The notes: generated from the sequence alone by a model not told the origin. Counted from the whole stretch's first letter, positions 14,561 to 29,091 are shown. The stretch: 63,426 nt of DNA, filler included, from Octopus bimaculoides (GCF_001194135.2; 6 parts of 5 records of this genome joined end to end with filler, not necessarily neighbours in it), one strand, 5' to 3'. Numbers and translations: made by a program.

Positions 14561-15084
14561 TATATGCATAGATAGATGGAGATAGATATATAGATAGGCA
14601 GATAGTCAGTGAAAGAGGAGTGAGAGAGATAGTGAAATGAGGAAAGAAGTAGGGAAAAAAATACAGTAATGGGTAAAAAATAAAAAAAAATAAAAAAGCA
14701 AAAAGCAAAACTGGTGCAGTGCCTGTTTTGAGTGAGAATTGATTGTGCTGTGACAGTTGTTGCACATGGTTCTATATGCAGCGTAGCGTGTTAATATGCA
14801 GTAAAGTGTGTTGGAAAATAACACTCTGAATAATAATTAGTGATAAGACCAGGTGATAATTGAATAAAATATGTCACATGTCAGTTTAGAGTGGGAGGGA
14901 GGGGCAGTCTGTGAAGTATGAAATTGTACAATTAAATTATTCACAAATGAGTTTTGTTTCAACATTAAATACACACTTAGAGGCAACATGCACGTGTGTG
15001 TGTGTGTGTGTGTTTATAAGAATGTAAATAAGTAGATGTGTATAAGTATGCATGTGTTTACACACACACCATACAAACATAAAT

Positions 15085-15275
15085 ATTCTTTTCTACTCTA
15101 GGCACAAGGCCCGGAATTTGGTGGGGGGGGGGCTAGTCGATTAGATTGATCTCAGTACGCAATTAGTACTTAATTTATCGACCCCAAAAGGAAGAAAGGC
15201 AAAGTTAACCTTGGCGGAATTTGAACTCAGAACGTAAAGACAGATGAAATACGGCGAAGCATTTTGCCCGGTGTG
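15085..15275 (-). mobile_element. SINE family B copy
   Basis: Reverse complement of the 29092-29250 core. Other copies at about 3080-3280(-), 6993-7185(-), 9300-9375(-), 16670-16830(-), 21725-21855(+) and 38775-38900(+). Confidence 0.8.
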
Positions 15276-15439
15276 AAGCAGATTGACCTGCAAGTAATAA
15301 TAGCCACACTAACCTCAAAATCATAACCTAAAGGTCTTAAAATAGAAAGCCTCATTGGATCACATAGTTACTGATATACAAACTGAAGGGACAGTCATGG
15401 TTGGAACACCCTGATGCCATGTCCAGATCACCCATGGTA

Positions 15440-15596
15440 CAGTTTTATTGTTTTCAAAATTCAGTGGCACACCCAAACTAAGATTATAACTAAAAGTATG
15501 CGGGAAAAAAATTATATTCAGGTTACACTGTGGCACACCTAGCATTGTCTCATGGCACACCAGTGTGCCACAGCATACCCATTGCAGAGCACTGGT
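15440..15596 (-). mobile_element. hAT-like MITE end
   Basis: Minus strand begins cagtgctctgcaa...ggcacactggtgtgccatgaga. Similar CAG-starting ends (cagaggttctcaacc) occur at about 17125-17290. Confidence 0.4.
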
Positions 15597-15950
15597 CTAC
15601 ATGGTCATGGCTGACAAGAGGCTCAAAAACAACAGAATCTACACACTTTTGTACATTTAGTAGCAGCGAAACCATTCCAAACACCAGAATACAAAACTAA
15701 TTTTATTAGCTTTTTTCTTCTTCACACAGACCATAGTTCTTTTTTTCTATTTTTTTTCTTCTTTTGTTTGTTCCGTCCATCTCAGTGAATCCTAGATAGC
15801 AAGCTAGCTTTGCTATCCACACAACATCAAAATCCTGATTCCATGTAGCATCAAAGACATCATTAAACACTACAATACAACGCCAAACAGGATGTCTGGT
15901 ATTCCAAAGCCAGCAAGTCCAACGGGGACTGTCCTGGGCAGCAGCAGCTA

Positions 15951-15988
<38 letters not shown>

Positions 15989-16079
15989 GGAAAAAGATGC
16001 AAGGCATAAAATACATTATACAGAATTCACACTTACAATACATACATGTATCATGTGTGAGTATGTGTGTGTGTACACG

Positions 16080-16141
<62 letters not shown>

Positions 16142-17406
16142 TATATGAATACATTATATCTATATACTTATATGTATACATTATATATATATATAAAATA
16201 TATATTATGTATTATATCATATTTGTACATATCTTTGTATGTGTTTATATATATATATATATTTGTATGTATGTACATATTCACACACACGCGCGCGTGT
16301 GTGTGTGTATATGCACGCGTGTGATTCATATATTATTAAGATTAATCTCCCTCTTGGGTCCATTGGAAGCTTTTTTCTTGTTGCTGCTTATTAATAACAT
16401 CAATGGCAACTTGTGATGAGACCTTTTTCCTCTGCCATTGTTGTTGCTGTTGTTGTTGTGCTACAGCTATCATCGTTCCTGTTGCTGTTATGTAGCCCAG
16501 GTGACATTCATCCTCCTCCAACAACAACAACCACAGCAGTAGCAGCAGCAACAATAAACAACATCAGCAGTAACAAGAAGAACACCAACGTCACCACCAC
16601 CAATAATAACAATAACAACATAAAAAAAAAACGGTAACAGCAGCAGCAGTCAACTGCAAGCTTTAACTGGTGACCCAGAAACACAACAAATGTTGACCCA
16701 AGTCAGTTATTGAGCATTGATTACTACTGCTGTAATATGTATTATTGATCAATGTTTGGCTGAATGGGTAGACTGACCTTGGCAGCATTTGAACTCTGGA
16801 TTTCAAACTGACAAACAGCTTGGCACTAATGCATTCTAAAGCTGGCACTCCGTGCGCCAAACCATTCCACCGTTCGAAAGATTTTGGCCATTCAGTCATT
16901 GGGTCAGAGACTACATTAGTGCTTCTCAATCGTTTTCTGCCTATGGACCTATTTCGTTCCTGTTTTACTCTACAAAACCTCCATAGCCATTCGTTGTATA
17001 TAAGGGAAATCTTTCTCTATTTTTATAATTAAATATGATTAGAAATTGAATAAAAAATTAAAATGATTTGTGTGTTGCAGAAATATAAGCAGTTTATTAC
17101 AAATTAAACTTTAACAGAAAAATCTCATATTGACCCCTAAGAGCCATATGGACCCCAGTTGAAAACCAGTGGTCTGGACCATTGCAAAGAGCCCTGATTC
17201 CACCTGGCTTGCCACACTCTCTGTCTAACTCAGAGGTTCTCAACCCTTTTTTTTGTTATTTATGGACCCATTTAATTCCTATTAAACACTGAGACTGGTG
17301 TATTGCCTCACAAGGTGCCTAATTCGAAGGAGATGTTAAAAATTAGGCAAATAAGTTATATTTTGTTAAACATAACTAGTCCAGGAAGCGTTTTTGATAT
17401 CACTTC

Positions 17407-17443
<37 letters not shown>

Positions 17444-17957
17444 ACCTGATCAATCAAGCTATCAAATGTTGATACACATTGCTGGTCACAATGCGCTTTG
17501 CATTGTTTTAGCCTTCAAATGATGCCACCCTGCTGGCTGGGCGAGTAGGCCAACATTGCCCCCTGATTGGAAAGGAGAATGCAGCAACATGAAATGAAGT
17601 GTTTTGCTCAAGAACACAATGCGCTGCCCATCAGGGAAAGTGTATATATATATATATATATGTATATGTATATACTTTAATGATATATTTAAAACAATGA
17701 GGCTTCTAATATATTCATTCCCATACTCACACTCACACACAATCAACAACTGGAACCAGAAGGCACAGGGTGAATGCAGTATATGGATCTCATTAGAACA
17801 GTAGATGTTGTAGTAACAGTTGACAAGGCAAAGAGAGGATAAAGCAAGAGCACATTTTTAACATCCAGAAATATTCTCAGAATTGCTAATGTTTCCTCTT
17901 AAAGTGATTTGTTGATTGCTGAACAAAGCAGAGTCTATCTCTCTCCAATTCTGACTC

Positions 17958-18215
17958 ATGGAGGCACGTGGCTTAGTGGTTAGGGTGTTGGACTCATGAT
18001 CGTAAGATTGTGGTTTCAATTCTTGGACTAGGTGACGTGTTGCATTCTTGAGCAAAACACTTCATTTCACGTTGCTCCAGTCCACTCAGCTGGCAAAAAG
18101 GAGTGACCCTGTGAAGGACTAACATCCTGTCCAGGTGGAGAATTTATTTGCCATGGAAACAGGGAAACCAGCCCTTATGAGTCAGCATGACTTGAGAAGG
18201 TAACTTTACTTTTAC
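17958..18215 (+). mobile_element. SINE family C copy
   Basis: ggaggcacgtggcttagtggttagggtgttggactcatgatcgtaagattgtggtttcaattc. An inverted copy lies at about 17445-17735, and others at 22178-22490(+) and 39005-39250(+). Confidence 0.85.
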
Positions 18216-20457
18216 CAATTCTGATTCCAGCTGGTTTCTTCCAGAAAGAGAAGAAAAGTGAGAGAGACAGAGAGGAAGAGAGAGAGAGAGAGANNNNNNN
18301 NNNNNNNNNNNNNNNNNNNNNNNNNNNNNNNNNNNNNNNNNNNNNNNNNNNNNNNNNNNNNNNNNNNNNNNNNNNNNNNNNNNNNNNNNNNNNNNNNNNN
18401 NNNNNNNNNNNNNNNNNNNNNNNNNNNNNNNNNNNNNNNNNNNNNNNNNNNNNNNNNNNNNNNNNNNNNNNNNNNNNNNNNNNNNNNNNNNNNNNNNNNN
18501 NNNNNNNNNNNNNNNNNNNNNNNNNNNNNNNNNNNNNNNNNNNNNNNNNNNNNNNNNNNNNNNNNNNNNNNNNNNNNNNNNNNNNNNNNNNNNNNNNNNN
18601 NNNNNNNNNNNNNNNNNNNNNNNNNNNNNNNNNNNNNNNNNNNNNNNNNNNNNNNNNNNNNNNNNNNNNNNNNNNNNNNNNNNNNNNNNNNNNNNNNNNN
18701 NNNNNNNNNNNNNNNNNNNNNNNNNNNNNNNNNNNNNNNNNNNNNNNNNNNNNNNNNNNNNNNNNNNNNNNNNNNNNNNNNNNNNNNNNNNNNNNNNNNN
18801 NNNNNNNNNNNNNNNNNNNNNNNNNNNNNNNNNNNNNNNNNNNNNNNNNNNNNNNNNNNNNNNNNNNNNNNNNNNNNNNNNNNNNNNNNNNNNNNNNNNN
18901 NNNNNNNNNNNNNNNNNNNNNNNNNNNNNNNNNNNNNNNNNNNNNNNNNNNNNNNNNNNNNNNNNNNNNNNNNNNNNNNNNNNNNNNNNNNNNNNNNNNN
19001 NNNNNNNNNNNNNNNNNNNNNNNNNNNNNNNNNNNNNNNNNNNNNNNNNNNNNNNNNNNNNNNNNNNNNNNNNNNNNNNNNNNNNNNNNNNNNNNNNNNN
19101 NNNNNNNNNNNNNNNNNNNNNNNNNNNNNNNNNNNNNNNNNNNNNNNNNNNNNNNNNNNNNNNNNNNNNNNNNNNNNNNNNNNNNNNNNNNNNNNNNNNN
19201 NNNNNNNNNNNNNNNGGAAGGTACTAATTATCATCATTGTTATTGCCACCTTTATTTTTGATTTCCCTGATTTTATTTATTTGTTTGTTTCATTCCAATC
19301 GATTTCTTTGCGGGAGTTGGGCAGAAGGTTCTGGATGTTTCACATTGCAAGTAACAGCCCAGGTCGGCTACTGTGTTTACGTTTCTGAGTTCAAAACCAA
19401 CCAACAGACTTGTATCTTTAGCTTCCAGTCGAACCCCCTAGTCAGTTTTATCCATTCCAATAACTCAATGAAGTTCAAATACCAGTAATATACTGGTAGA
19501 TCGTCTTTTAATGTCCATTTTCCATGCTGGCATGAGATGGATGGTTTGGCAGGCTGTAATGGGTTGAACGACTGCATTGTACTCCAGTGTCTGCTTTTTC
19601 ACGGTTTCTGTAGTTGGATGCCCTTACTAACACCAACAATTTTATGCCATTTTATGCTGGATGCTTTTTACATGGCACCAGTGCTAGTTAGATTAGCATG
19701 TGGCTTGCAAGTCTAAGCTCCCCTATGACTGAGTGGAGCTACAGTAGAGAGAGAGAGAGATGCTTTATGCAAGGAGATGAAAATATAAAGAATATCTTTG
19801 TGTAAGTGCTTTTGGCTGTCACTGGATGACCTCACTGAACAGGATTAAAAACTTCAATGATAGGAAACAATTCATGTGCAAGTTTGAATTGCAAGAGAGA
19901 AAACCTAATTTATTGCATTACATATCTGCAATGCAATAAAACTTATATTGGTCAAACATGAACAAAATTAATGAACTGAGTCAGGGTACATAAACAACAG
20001 TTAGAAATCCATCTGTCAGGAATGTTTCATAGAGTGAACAGTTATTTATCTGTGCAAATGGGAAATTCAAAGTATTCCAATGTTTCAAAATCAAACAAGA
20101 AAATTAACAATTATGTAAAGCAAAAGAAGAAAATTTTATAAAGATTTTCAATGTGAAAACATACTAGAAATACTGAGAAATGCTACCAAAAAATTACTAT
20201 TAAGATAACAACATAGAAACTGGTTTACATCAGGCATCTGAAGAGCCTGTCATGGCTAAAAACATTCACTCAAAATTCTTCTTAATATGCTCCATATGGG
20301 CTGTGTTATAAGCTGTGTCTTCAAAAGATTTTTTTTAATATTTAATTTTTAAAGGAATTTTCCCCCAACTACACCCACACACACATACAAAATTCATTGA
20401 AAGATACAGTATATATACATTAAACATGAATGTTTTTTTAATTTTTATTTCACTCAC

Positions 20458-20493
20458 CTGTCTCATTTCTGGGCAGTTGGAAGGTTGACATAC
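20458..20493 (-). other. Candidate 36-nt microexon / recursive splice site
   Basis: Minus strand reads ttttacttgcttattccag|GTATGTCAACCTTCCAACTGCCCAGAAATGAGACAG|gtgagt. Phase 0 gives VCQPSNCPEMRQ. Confidence 0.45.
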
Positions 20494-20570
20494 CTGGAAT
20501 AAGCAAGTAAAATAGCTTTAACCAAGGGCAAAAGTTTACATAGCTGATTATAGATACACACACACACATG

Positions 20571-20640
<70 letters not shown>

Positions 20641-22655
20641 GACACACATACACATATCGTATGTATGTATATATGAAATATTTTTATCACACGTTTATCT
20701 TTATCAGGAAGGGTTGACTGGAGCTGTAAAGTCATATATCTATTCAAATTAGCTAACTTGAATCTTTCTTCTCTACAGATCCAGCTGTTTCTTGGTAGAC
20801 ATGGTTCATATGAAATGAACTGAGCAGAGACAATAAGCTCACCTTCAAAATTCAAAACAAAATAGCAGTAGTAGATTTGAAACCAAAAACCTATGGCCTG
20901 GTAGCCAAACACCCTCTCCACTTGGCCGTTTGATTTCTACAGATGAAGAACTGATACCATGCATCCTGAAAAGGATAACATTGAGTGACTGGCACATTGT
21001 CTGTAAAAATATTTGTCTTTTATTTCCCATTTTAGAGAAGTGAGTTGTGTATTGATCCCAAGGGATAGTCTCAGTGCTGGATTAACCATCATGCAAAATA
21101 AGGTGGGGGCACAGAAATGGAAAATGGTTTTTACAGCACAAAAGAAATCACTTTAAACTTGTTAAAAATAATATTGAAAGTGGTTTATACGATCAGAAAT
21201 ATAATTTCAAAGTGTTCATGGTGTCATAGTCTTTGATCTGATCGAAGACTTTTTTATTAATTGACATTTTTTTAAAGTAAATATATCTGTTAAAATGTGA
21301 AGTCAGTGTTATTTTCATTTCTGCGTAATTTAGATGACAGGTTGTTCATGGTTTAACATTGAGCACACTGTGTATATGGTTTAACATTGAACACACTAAC
21401 ATGGCTTGGATGCCTTAAGCACACACTTCAAAGAAATACTTACCAGTCGCAGATTTTGCCCAGTTAATTTACGACTGGCAAAACTCCTCGAATTTACAGA
21501 CATGCCTGCATTATTGGGTCCCTATAAATGAAATAAAAATTTCTATAAGTGTCAATTTTTTGTAAAATGGAAACAGAATTGAAAGAAGATGCTAATGAAA
21601 ATAATGATAATAATAATAAAGTGATGATCAAATATTATGTTTAATTGGCAAAAGGTGACCATCCCCAAATATAACATTATATATATTATATAAATGTATA
21701 TATAATACATAGGAAATACGTAATATACATGCAAAGGTGACCGCTGAGGTCACCTTTGCCTTTCATCCGCCTAGGGTCAATAAAAGAGCAATTTATATGA
21801 AGTAACTCTACATTAAGGAGTGGAACATACAATTTCTGTAATTCAGCCCACTTCATGGTCCCAGACGACAAAATGGAGAAAGTATTGCCCTGGAGAATGG
21901 TGACGAAGATGCGCTGGAACAGTCAAAGGCATTGCCCTGGGGCAAATGGAACAGCAACTCTGACTCACATGGCTCCCACTTGCAGATATTGTATATATTA
22001 AATTTATAATACATCATCATCATCATCATCATTTAGCGTCCGTTTTCCATGCTGGCATGGGTTGGACGGTTTAAAAGCCAGCAGCTGCACCAAGCTCCAA
22101 TCTGCTCTGGCAATGTTTCTACAGCAGGATACCCTTATTATGTATTTAATATATATGTTGTATATAATGTGTGAAAGTATGTGGCTTAGTGATAAGGGCA
22201 TTTGGCTCTTGATCGCAAAGTTGTGAGTTCAATTCCCAGCGCCACATTGTGTCCTTGAGCAAGACTCTTTATTTCATGCTGCTCCAATCCACTCAGCTGG
22301 CAAAAATGAGTGGCACCTGTAATTCAAAGGGCCAGTCTTGTCACACTCTGTGTCACGCTGAATCTCCCTGAAAACTACATTAAGGGTACATGTGTCTGTG
22401 GAGTGCTCAGCCACATTCACATTAATTTCACGAGTAAGCTGATGAGATCAACTGGAACTCTGATCGCCATAACTGATGGAGTGCCAGTTATGTATATGAT
22501 ATATAATATATATAAAATATGGCACATACTATATATAATATATATGTTATAGATATATATATTATATATTACTCATATAATATATGTAATGATGATTTAT
22601 GAAGCTTATCAGGAATATATCAAGTGAATACCTGTATAGCTAAACACACATACAG

Positions 22656-22686
<31 letters not shown>

Positions 22687-23177
22687 CCATTGTGCGTGCG
22701 TGCATGCGTATACTCAGTTGTTTAGTTTAAGACGTAAACACTATCAATCAAAGGCTAGTAATTGTCTGATGTCTGCAATAGAAGCAATTACCAAGGCAAA
22801 AGTTTATTAAACAACTCATTAGAATGTAATGTAGTGTAAGGATAATTACCTAGCAGCTTAAGTAGAGATAATTACTCATTATATAATACACTAGAAACCT
22901 CAACAGCTACATAAACACACACACACAGACACACATACACATACACATATACTCACATGCACACTCAGAGTTAAACTCATGTTATAAACATTACAGTTCG
23001 TTACCTGACATGTATGCTAGCATGCACACACATACACATACATATGTCCCATTCATACACATACATACACACACAATATATATATATATCTGTTATAAAC
23101 AATACATTTCATTACATCACATGTATGCAAGTATATATACATACATGCATATATATGTACAAACGTACATACTAACA

Positions 23178-23219
<42 letters not shown>

Positions 23220-23368
23220 CTGGTCATTATACATACTTTATGCAAGAATANNNNNNNNNNNNNNNNNNNNNNNNNNNNNNNNNNNNNNNNNNNNNNNNNN
23301 NNNNNNNNNNNNNNNNNNNNNNNNNNNNNNNNNNNNNNNNNNNNNNNNNNNNNNNNNNNNNNNNNNNN

Positions 23369-23408
<40 letters not shown>

Positions 23409-23589
23409 TACATACATACATCATACACACATGCATAGGTATTCTTGCATAAAGTATGTATAATGACCAGATATATTTTTAAAGTATATTTACTTCATAA
23501 ACACACATATATGGGGGGGGGGAGCAAAACCTGGAATATTTTGGAAGCCTTATTTTTTGTGTATTCTTGAGCATAAATACTAAAATATT

Positions 23590-23990
23590 GTTTTCTATTT
23601 CAGGGTGGAGGTATTTAGAATTAATTTAAGCAGAAGTGCCAGTCTAGTATGTCCACTAGTATGTCCACTTAAGAAGCCAAGAGACAATGCATTGTAGGTT
23701 TGCTTTATGCTGGGGTTGCAATTAGATAAACTACTGAGACACCTACTGACCCCTGCATTGAAAGCCAGAAGGCATGGAAGGGCCAAAAACGTTGCAATAC
23801 CTGAAGCACAATGGACAAACTGTCAAAATCTTTACAGATGAAAAAATCTTTACTATTGATACTGTTTTAAACCATCACAATGATTCAATTATTGCTAAGT
23901 CATCTTCTGAAATAAAGGGTGTCTTTGGGTCCAAGCCCCCAGTTCAAGTCATGATCCTTGGAGTCGTCGTGTCTGATGGACTCCATGATT
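23590..23990 (+). pseudogene. Truncated Tc1/mariner transposase fragment (maT/DD37D-like)
   Basis: KIFTDEKIFTIDTVLNHHND...KGVFGSKPPVQVMILGVVVSDG matches the first-D region F(S/T)DEK.F and the following VM..G..SDG motif. Confidence 0.7.
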
Positions 23991-25099
23991 CATGAGGGTG
24001 GAGTAGATTCATTGAACAAAATTTCTTCAAGGTGGTGCCCCAGCATGGCCACAGTCTAGCAACTGCAACAAGTGTCAGATAAGAGGTGAATTACAATAAA
24101 GTTTTTGATTGTTAATGATAAAATAGCTGCAACAGGCTTTTAAATGTTTTCTTCATACTAATTTCATCAAACACAGAAATAAAATCAGAAACATATTTTT
24201 TTAAAAATTGCACCAGGACTTTATGTCAATGTGTGCAAGTCTATGTGCATCTAAGATTGCATATAAGCTGGTGCATGTATAACCAGCAGTCTACAACAAC
24301 AACAATGACAATAACTGGTTGCTTCTAAAATTAACTCTGCCGACAGTTATCCAAAGCGGCACAATGCCAGCGGGCTTCATTTGAATACACCATTATCATC
24401 TGGCAGAACGCACACCATTATCAACTAAAGGCATCATAAGATGTAACTGCAAGATGGTTGAGGGTTAATGACCTAATAGAGGGGTTCTACTAACATATAA
24501 TCCACACTTATCCATATTAGACATACTTTTATTCATGTGTGTACATATATATAAATATATATACATACANNNNNNNNNNNNNNNNNNNNNNNNNNNNNNN
24601 NNNNNNNNNNNNNNNNNNNNNNNNNNNNNNNNNNNNNNNNNNNNNNNNNNNNNNNNNNNNNNNNNNNNNNNNNNNNNNNNNNNNNNNNNNNNNNNNNNNN
24701 NNNNNACATATATACATACATATGTACATACATAAATACATACATACACACACATATGAACATACATGTATATACATATGTACATACATATACACATACA
24801 TATGGATATGCATATATACATATATACATAAGTAGATATATATACACATACATATGTATACATCTATATACTTATGTACATACATATGTATAAGCATATC
24901 TACATACATGTACATATACATGCATAAATATTTATATACATATATACATACTCACATGTATATACATACATAAATATATATACATCCATACATAAATATA
25001 TATACATACATAAATATATATACATACATATATACATACATACATGTGTACATACATATATACATCTGTATACATATATACATACACATGTATATACAC

Positions 25100-25136
<37 letters not shown>

Positions 25137-26421
25137 TTTACAAAAAACAATATATACATCTCTCTCTCTCTTTCTCCCTCCCCACTCACACATACATAGT
25201 ACATTTTTTGTTTATTTTGCGATTATTAAAAAAAAAAACCCCACCCAAAACCAACAAAACACAAGCATCGGAAGCAAAAGATGTGCCGAGGCTGAGACGA
25301 AACGAAGCAAGTCCACTCTGCAGGATATTAGCATCAAGGTCAACACGCACGAACAATGGAGCCCAAACGAGCTGGAGAACTGGCTGGAAAATGATGAGAT
25401 AATGATGACGATATGCGATAGGCTTCCATACAGTTTCCACCTACTGAACTTCACCCCCACCATAACTACATGCCGCAGGCTGAAAGAGATAAAAGAGTAA
25501 AAGAGGGACAAGGGGGGGGGGTGCAGAGAACAACTGGAACCAGAACCACCATAATTGAGAATTGCAAAACTGCTATTCTTGTATTTGTTTTAGTCATTGG
25601 ACTGTGGCCATGCTGGGGCAGCACCTTGAAGAATTTTAGTCAAACAAACGGACCCCAGTACTTTTCTTTGTTTTAAAGCCTGGTTCTCGTTCTATCAGCT
25701 CCCTCTTGCCAAACCACTAAGTTATGGGAACATAAACATGCAAAGACTGGTTGTCAAGTGGTGGTGGGGGGGCAGACAAAGACTCACCGACACACGTGTG
25801 TATGTATATATACATACACTTATATNNNNNNNNNNNNNNNNNNNNNNNNNNNNNNNNNNNNNNNNNNNNTTAATTAATTAANNNNNNNNNNNNNNNNNNN
25901 NNNNNNNNNNNNNNNNNNNNNNNNNATATATACACAGACATATATTATATATATATATTTCTATTTATATATATGTATGCATATATATGAGAATACATAC
26001 ATGTATTCATATATTTATGTATATGCATTGAAACATAACTACACACACGTATTCGTGCTCACTCACACACACACATAAACTCACAAATACACAAACACAA
26101 AAAAAACTCACCCTCCATTATAGCAAGTCTGTTTGCATCGTCATTGTCTTTATATTTACAAATGTTTTCATTTCCGTTTTCCGCCATTTTCCTCTGTTTC
26201 TAGTTTTCATTTCTTTTAACTTTTTCTATTTTCCAAACATATCGCTCTTATCATATCTCATTGTCGTGGCTGTATTCTTCATTAATCTCCTTACAGTCTG
26301 TCTTCTTTACTCGCCACAAAAATACTCTGCAGTTATTTTGTAAGGGTATCGATTGTAGACTTGTAATCGAAGGCCCCGAGACTTTACTATATCTACTTCC
26401 TGCCAGGCTTCCTACTTGTCC

Positions 26422-26484
<63 letters not shown>

Positions 26485-26517
26485 CATCCATCCATCCATC
26501 CATTCATCGATTCATCC

Positions 26518-26566
<49 letters not shown>

Positions 26567-27689
26567 ATTTTTCTGTCTGTGTGTATGTGTGTATCTCTCT
26601 ATTTTATCTTTCCGTCCGTCTATCTTTCTGTATATTTATTTGTCTGTCTATCTTTCTGTCTATCTGTCGACCTATTTGTCCGTCTGTACTTCGCTCTCTG
26701 TTTATGAAGATGGTTCTCTTTATGTTACTGGAACTCATGATATTTGCTTTGTAACAAATAAAAAGTTTCACTTGAAAGCCAGACACTAAGGGTCCTTCTG
26801 TTAGCCTAGTTTTACAATCACTTTCCAAATAACCAGAGAATCTGTCCAGAGGCAGATAAGCCTGACCAACAGAGGCCTTAGGAAAGCACTGGTGTCTTTG
26901 TATTCATAACATGGAATTTATATTTTTTGACTGCTGTAGCTAAAGAAATGAAAACATAAAGAATAAGGAATAGAAAAATTTAATTATATGAAAGAAAAAA
27001 AGAAGTAAAAATTACAAAACAAAAGTAAAGTATGAAAAACAAAACGATTCTTAAAAATAAACATGACGAAAAGATTGTGTTAAATTAGAAAGGATTTCAA
27101 ACGAGAGATAACGAGATTTCTGTGAGAATACAATATATAAGTCAGAGTAATACTTTCCCTCATTTTCTATTCATTTGTATTCTAATAAGGGAAATGAGAT
27201 AAAAATAGAAATAGAAATTGATAACTAAGAAACAGTATTTTTATATATTGCAAACAAGCAAATTGTAGTTGAAACCATTTGCAGAATTTATGAATAATGA
27301 ACTTTCGATAGAGAATGGCATGGATTATAAATAGCAGCGAAATTCTTTAAATATTATTACAGAATTTTGTGGTATTACCTTAACCCATTAAGTCTCAGAG
27401 TACTTAAATTTCTGAATATTACTTTTAATTTTTTACAGATAATTGAAAATAGGTTAAATTGAAAAAAAATAATTATTAAAACTCCTTTACTTCAAGTAGA
27501 AATGGAAATACTTGGTGTCCTATAAATAGGACACGGAGCCAATGTGATATAACTTATTGAATGTTCTCATTTCGTGTCCTATTTATAGGGCAGTGGGACT
27601 TAATGGGTTAATTGGTCAGGTTAAAATCTCACCTTTATTTATTTTCCCATTTATTCTATTCATATTATCTGGTCATTTTCAATGTCTTT

Positions 27690-27990
27690 ATATAGCCGTC
27701 TCCAGAATGTCTAATCATCCCTGCTACCGCCTCCTCTCTCTGTCTTTTCTATTGCAACAATAATGGCCTTTGTTCAATGGATCCGGTCCCGCTCATGTAA
27801 CATCCGCTCAGCCGTTCTCAGTACACTTCTCGCTTTCCCTTATTGTGTCCAAATCGTTAACCACTGCAGTAATCCCTACGGCAAGTCCTTCATCCACCGA
27901 ACATCGATCGGCCCTCTGGAGTTTCCACTCCATGCTCTCATGTGTTGACATACAAACGTTCAAGAAGAGCATTAACATTATCAATCTCAG
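27690..27990 (+). mobile_element. Degraded LINE 3' end, same type as 13235-13520
   Basis: Frameshifted SSLCLFYCNNNGLCS...PYCVQI...SFIHRTS...DIQTFKKSINIINL, a typical LINE ORF2 terminus. Confidence 0.6.
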
Positions 27991-28204
27991 GTGACCTTCA
28001 GACCAAACATCTAAAAAAATTGCACGGAAATCGAGAAGTATTTGCTGAAAGTCTTGTATTTATCTTTGCAAATTGGATAATAAATAAAATGTAGATAAAT
28101 GAATAACAGGACAAAATGGTCGACTCGATAACGTCTCATCCAGCAGAGCAAGGTGTCAGTGATTGGAGTTTTATTGTATTCATCTCTTGCAAAGACGTTT
28201 ATAT

Positions 28205-28500
28205 TAATCTGACACTGTCGGTCACGATGACGAGGGTTTCACCTGATCCGATCAACGGCACAGCCAGCTCGTGGAATTAATGTGCAAGTGACTGAGCCCT
28301 CTACAGACACGCGTACCCTTAACGTAGTTCTCAGGGAGATTCAGCGTGACACAGAATGTGACAAGGCTGACCCCTTTGAATTACAGGTACAGCTCATTCT
28401 TGCTAGCTTAGTGGACTGGAACAACGTGTTTTCCTCAAAGATCCAACGCGCCGCCAGGAATCGAACTCATGAGAGACGAATACACTAATCATGCGGCTTC
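28205..28500 (-). mobile_element. SINE family C copy
   Basis: Near-identical core to 31465-31718 (cagacacgcgtacccttaacgtagttctcagggagatt). Confidence 0.85.
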
Positions 28501-28559
28501 ACTCTATTCCTCTAGCTACAAAACCTCGACGTGGAAGCTCTAAGTGGGTCAATAACTAA

Positions 28560-28720
28560 GTCTCTGCTAAGTAGTCCAACTTTCTAGAAATAACAGCTGA
28601 CTCTCTCACACAAATAACAATCTGTCGTCTTAAAAAGGAATAATTGCATTTCTAGATATATTGGGTTTGATAAAAACAATTAAAGGATGGTCACCGCTGG
28701 AACGCATATTGACCTCAGCC
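28560..28720 (+). repeat. Interspersed repeat family E
   Basis: ctagaaataacagc...cgtcttaaaaagga...ggatggtcaccgctggaacg. Related segments at about 15300-15410(+) and 46005-46095(-). Confidence 0.55.
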
Positions 28721-29091
28721 TGACTAGATGAAGATTCCTGTTGTGGTAAACGAAAGCAGAATTGTGTTTTTGAATGGTGGCGAAGAAAACACTTGCGTAG
28801 AAATGTGCACTGTTCATGAATATCTTAAATTTCTTTCCGTTTCGAGCTTCAGTACGATCTTCGTCAGTTTGAAACTTTGCTCTACAAATTAAATAATTAA
28901 TCGTAAATTCTGTGAAACGACTATAGCTTAAAGGGATAAATTGTGCTATCCTGCGGTCCCTACTAACAGCTAAGTGAACTGAGCCACATAACGAGACGCA
29001 TTTTCGTCTGTAATACGTTGTCGTTTAGTTGAGTTGCTATAAAATACGGTGCTACCGTCTGCGACCCTTAAAACCTTGTTAATATACGCAC

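Noticed and set aside
15706-16002. 98-aa minus-strand ORF
   Set aside because: It starts in a CA repeat, has no recognisable homology and no convincing splice sites.
20843-21000. Apparent minus-strand exon (tacag|...GAAG|gtgagc)
   Set aside because: Stops occur in all three frames, and the interior resembles a decayed tRNA-like SINE head (ggccaagtgg...ggtttcaaatc).
23214-23476. 37-bp inverted duplication on both sides of a gap
   Set aside because: Exact identity flanking Ns suggests a contig-end or orientation artefact.
25870-25881. Palindromic TTAATTAATTAA recurring at 25870, 51616, 54857, 57967 and 61846
   Set aside because: Each is centred in Ns (44+12+44 = 100 bp where counted) and has stops in all six frames. 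It is an artificial scaffolding spacer, not a biological motif. It does mark joins of unknown size.
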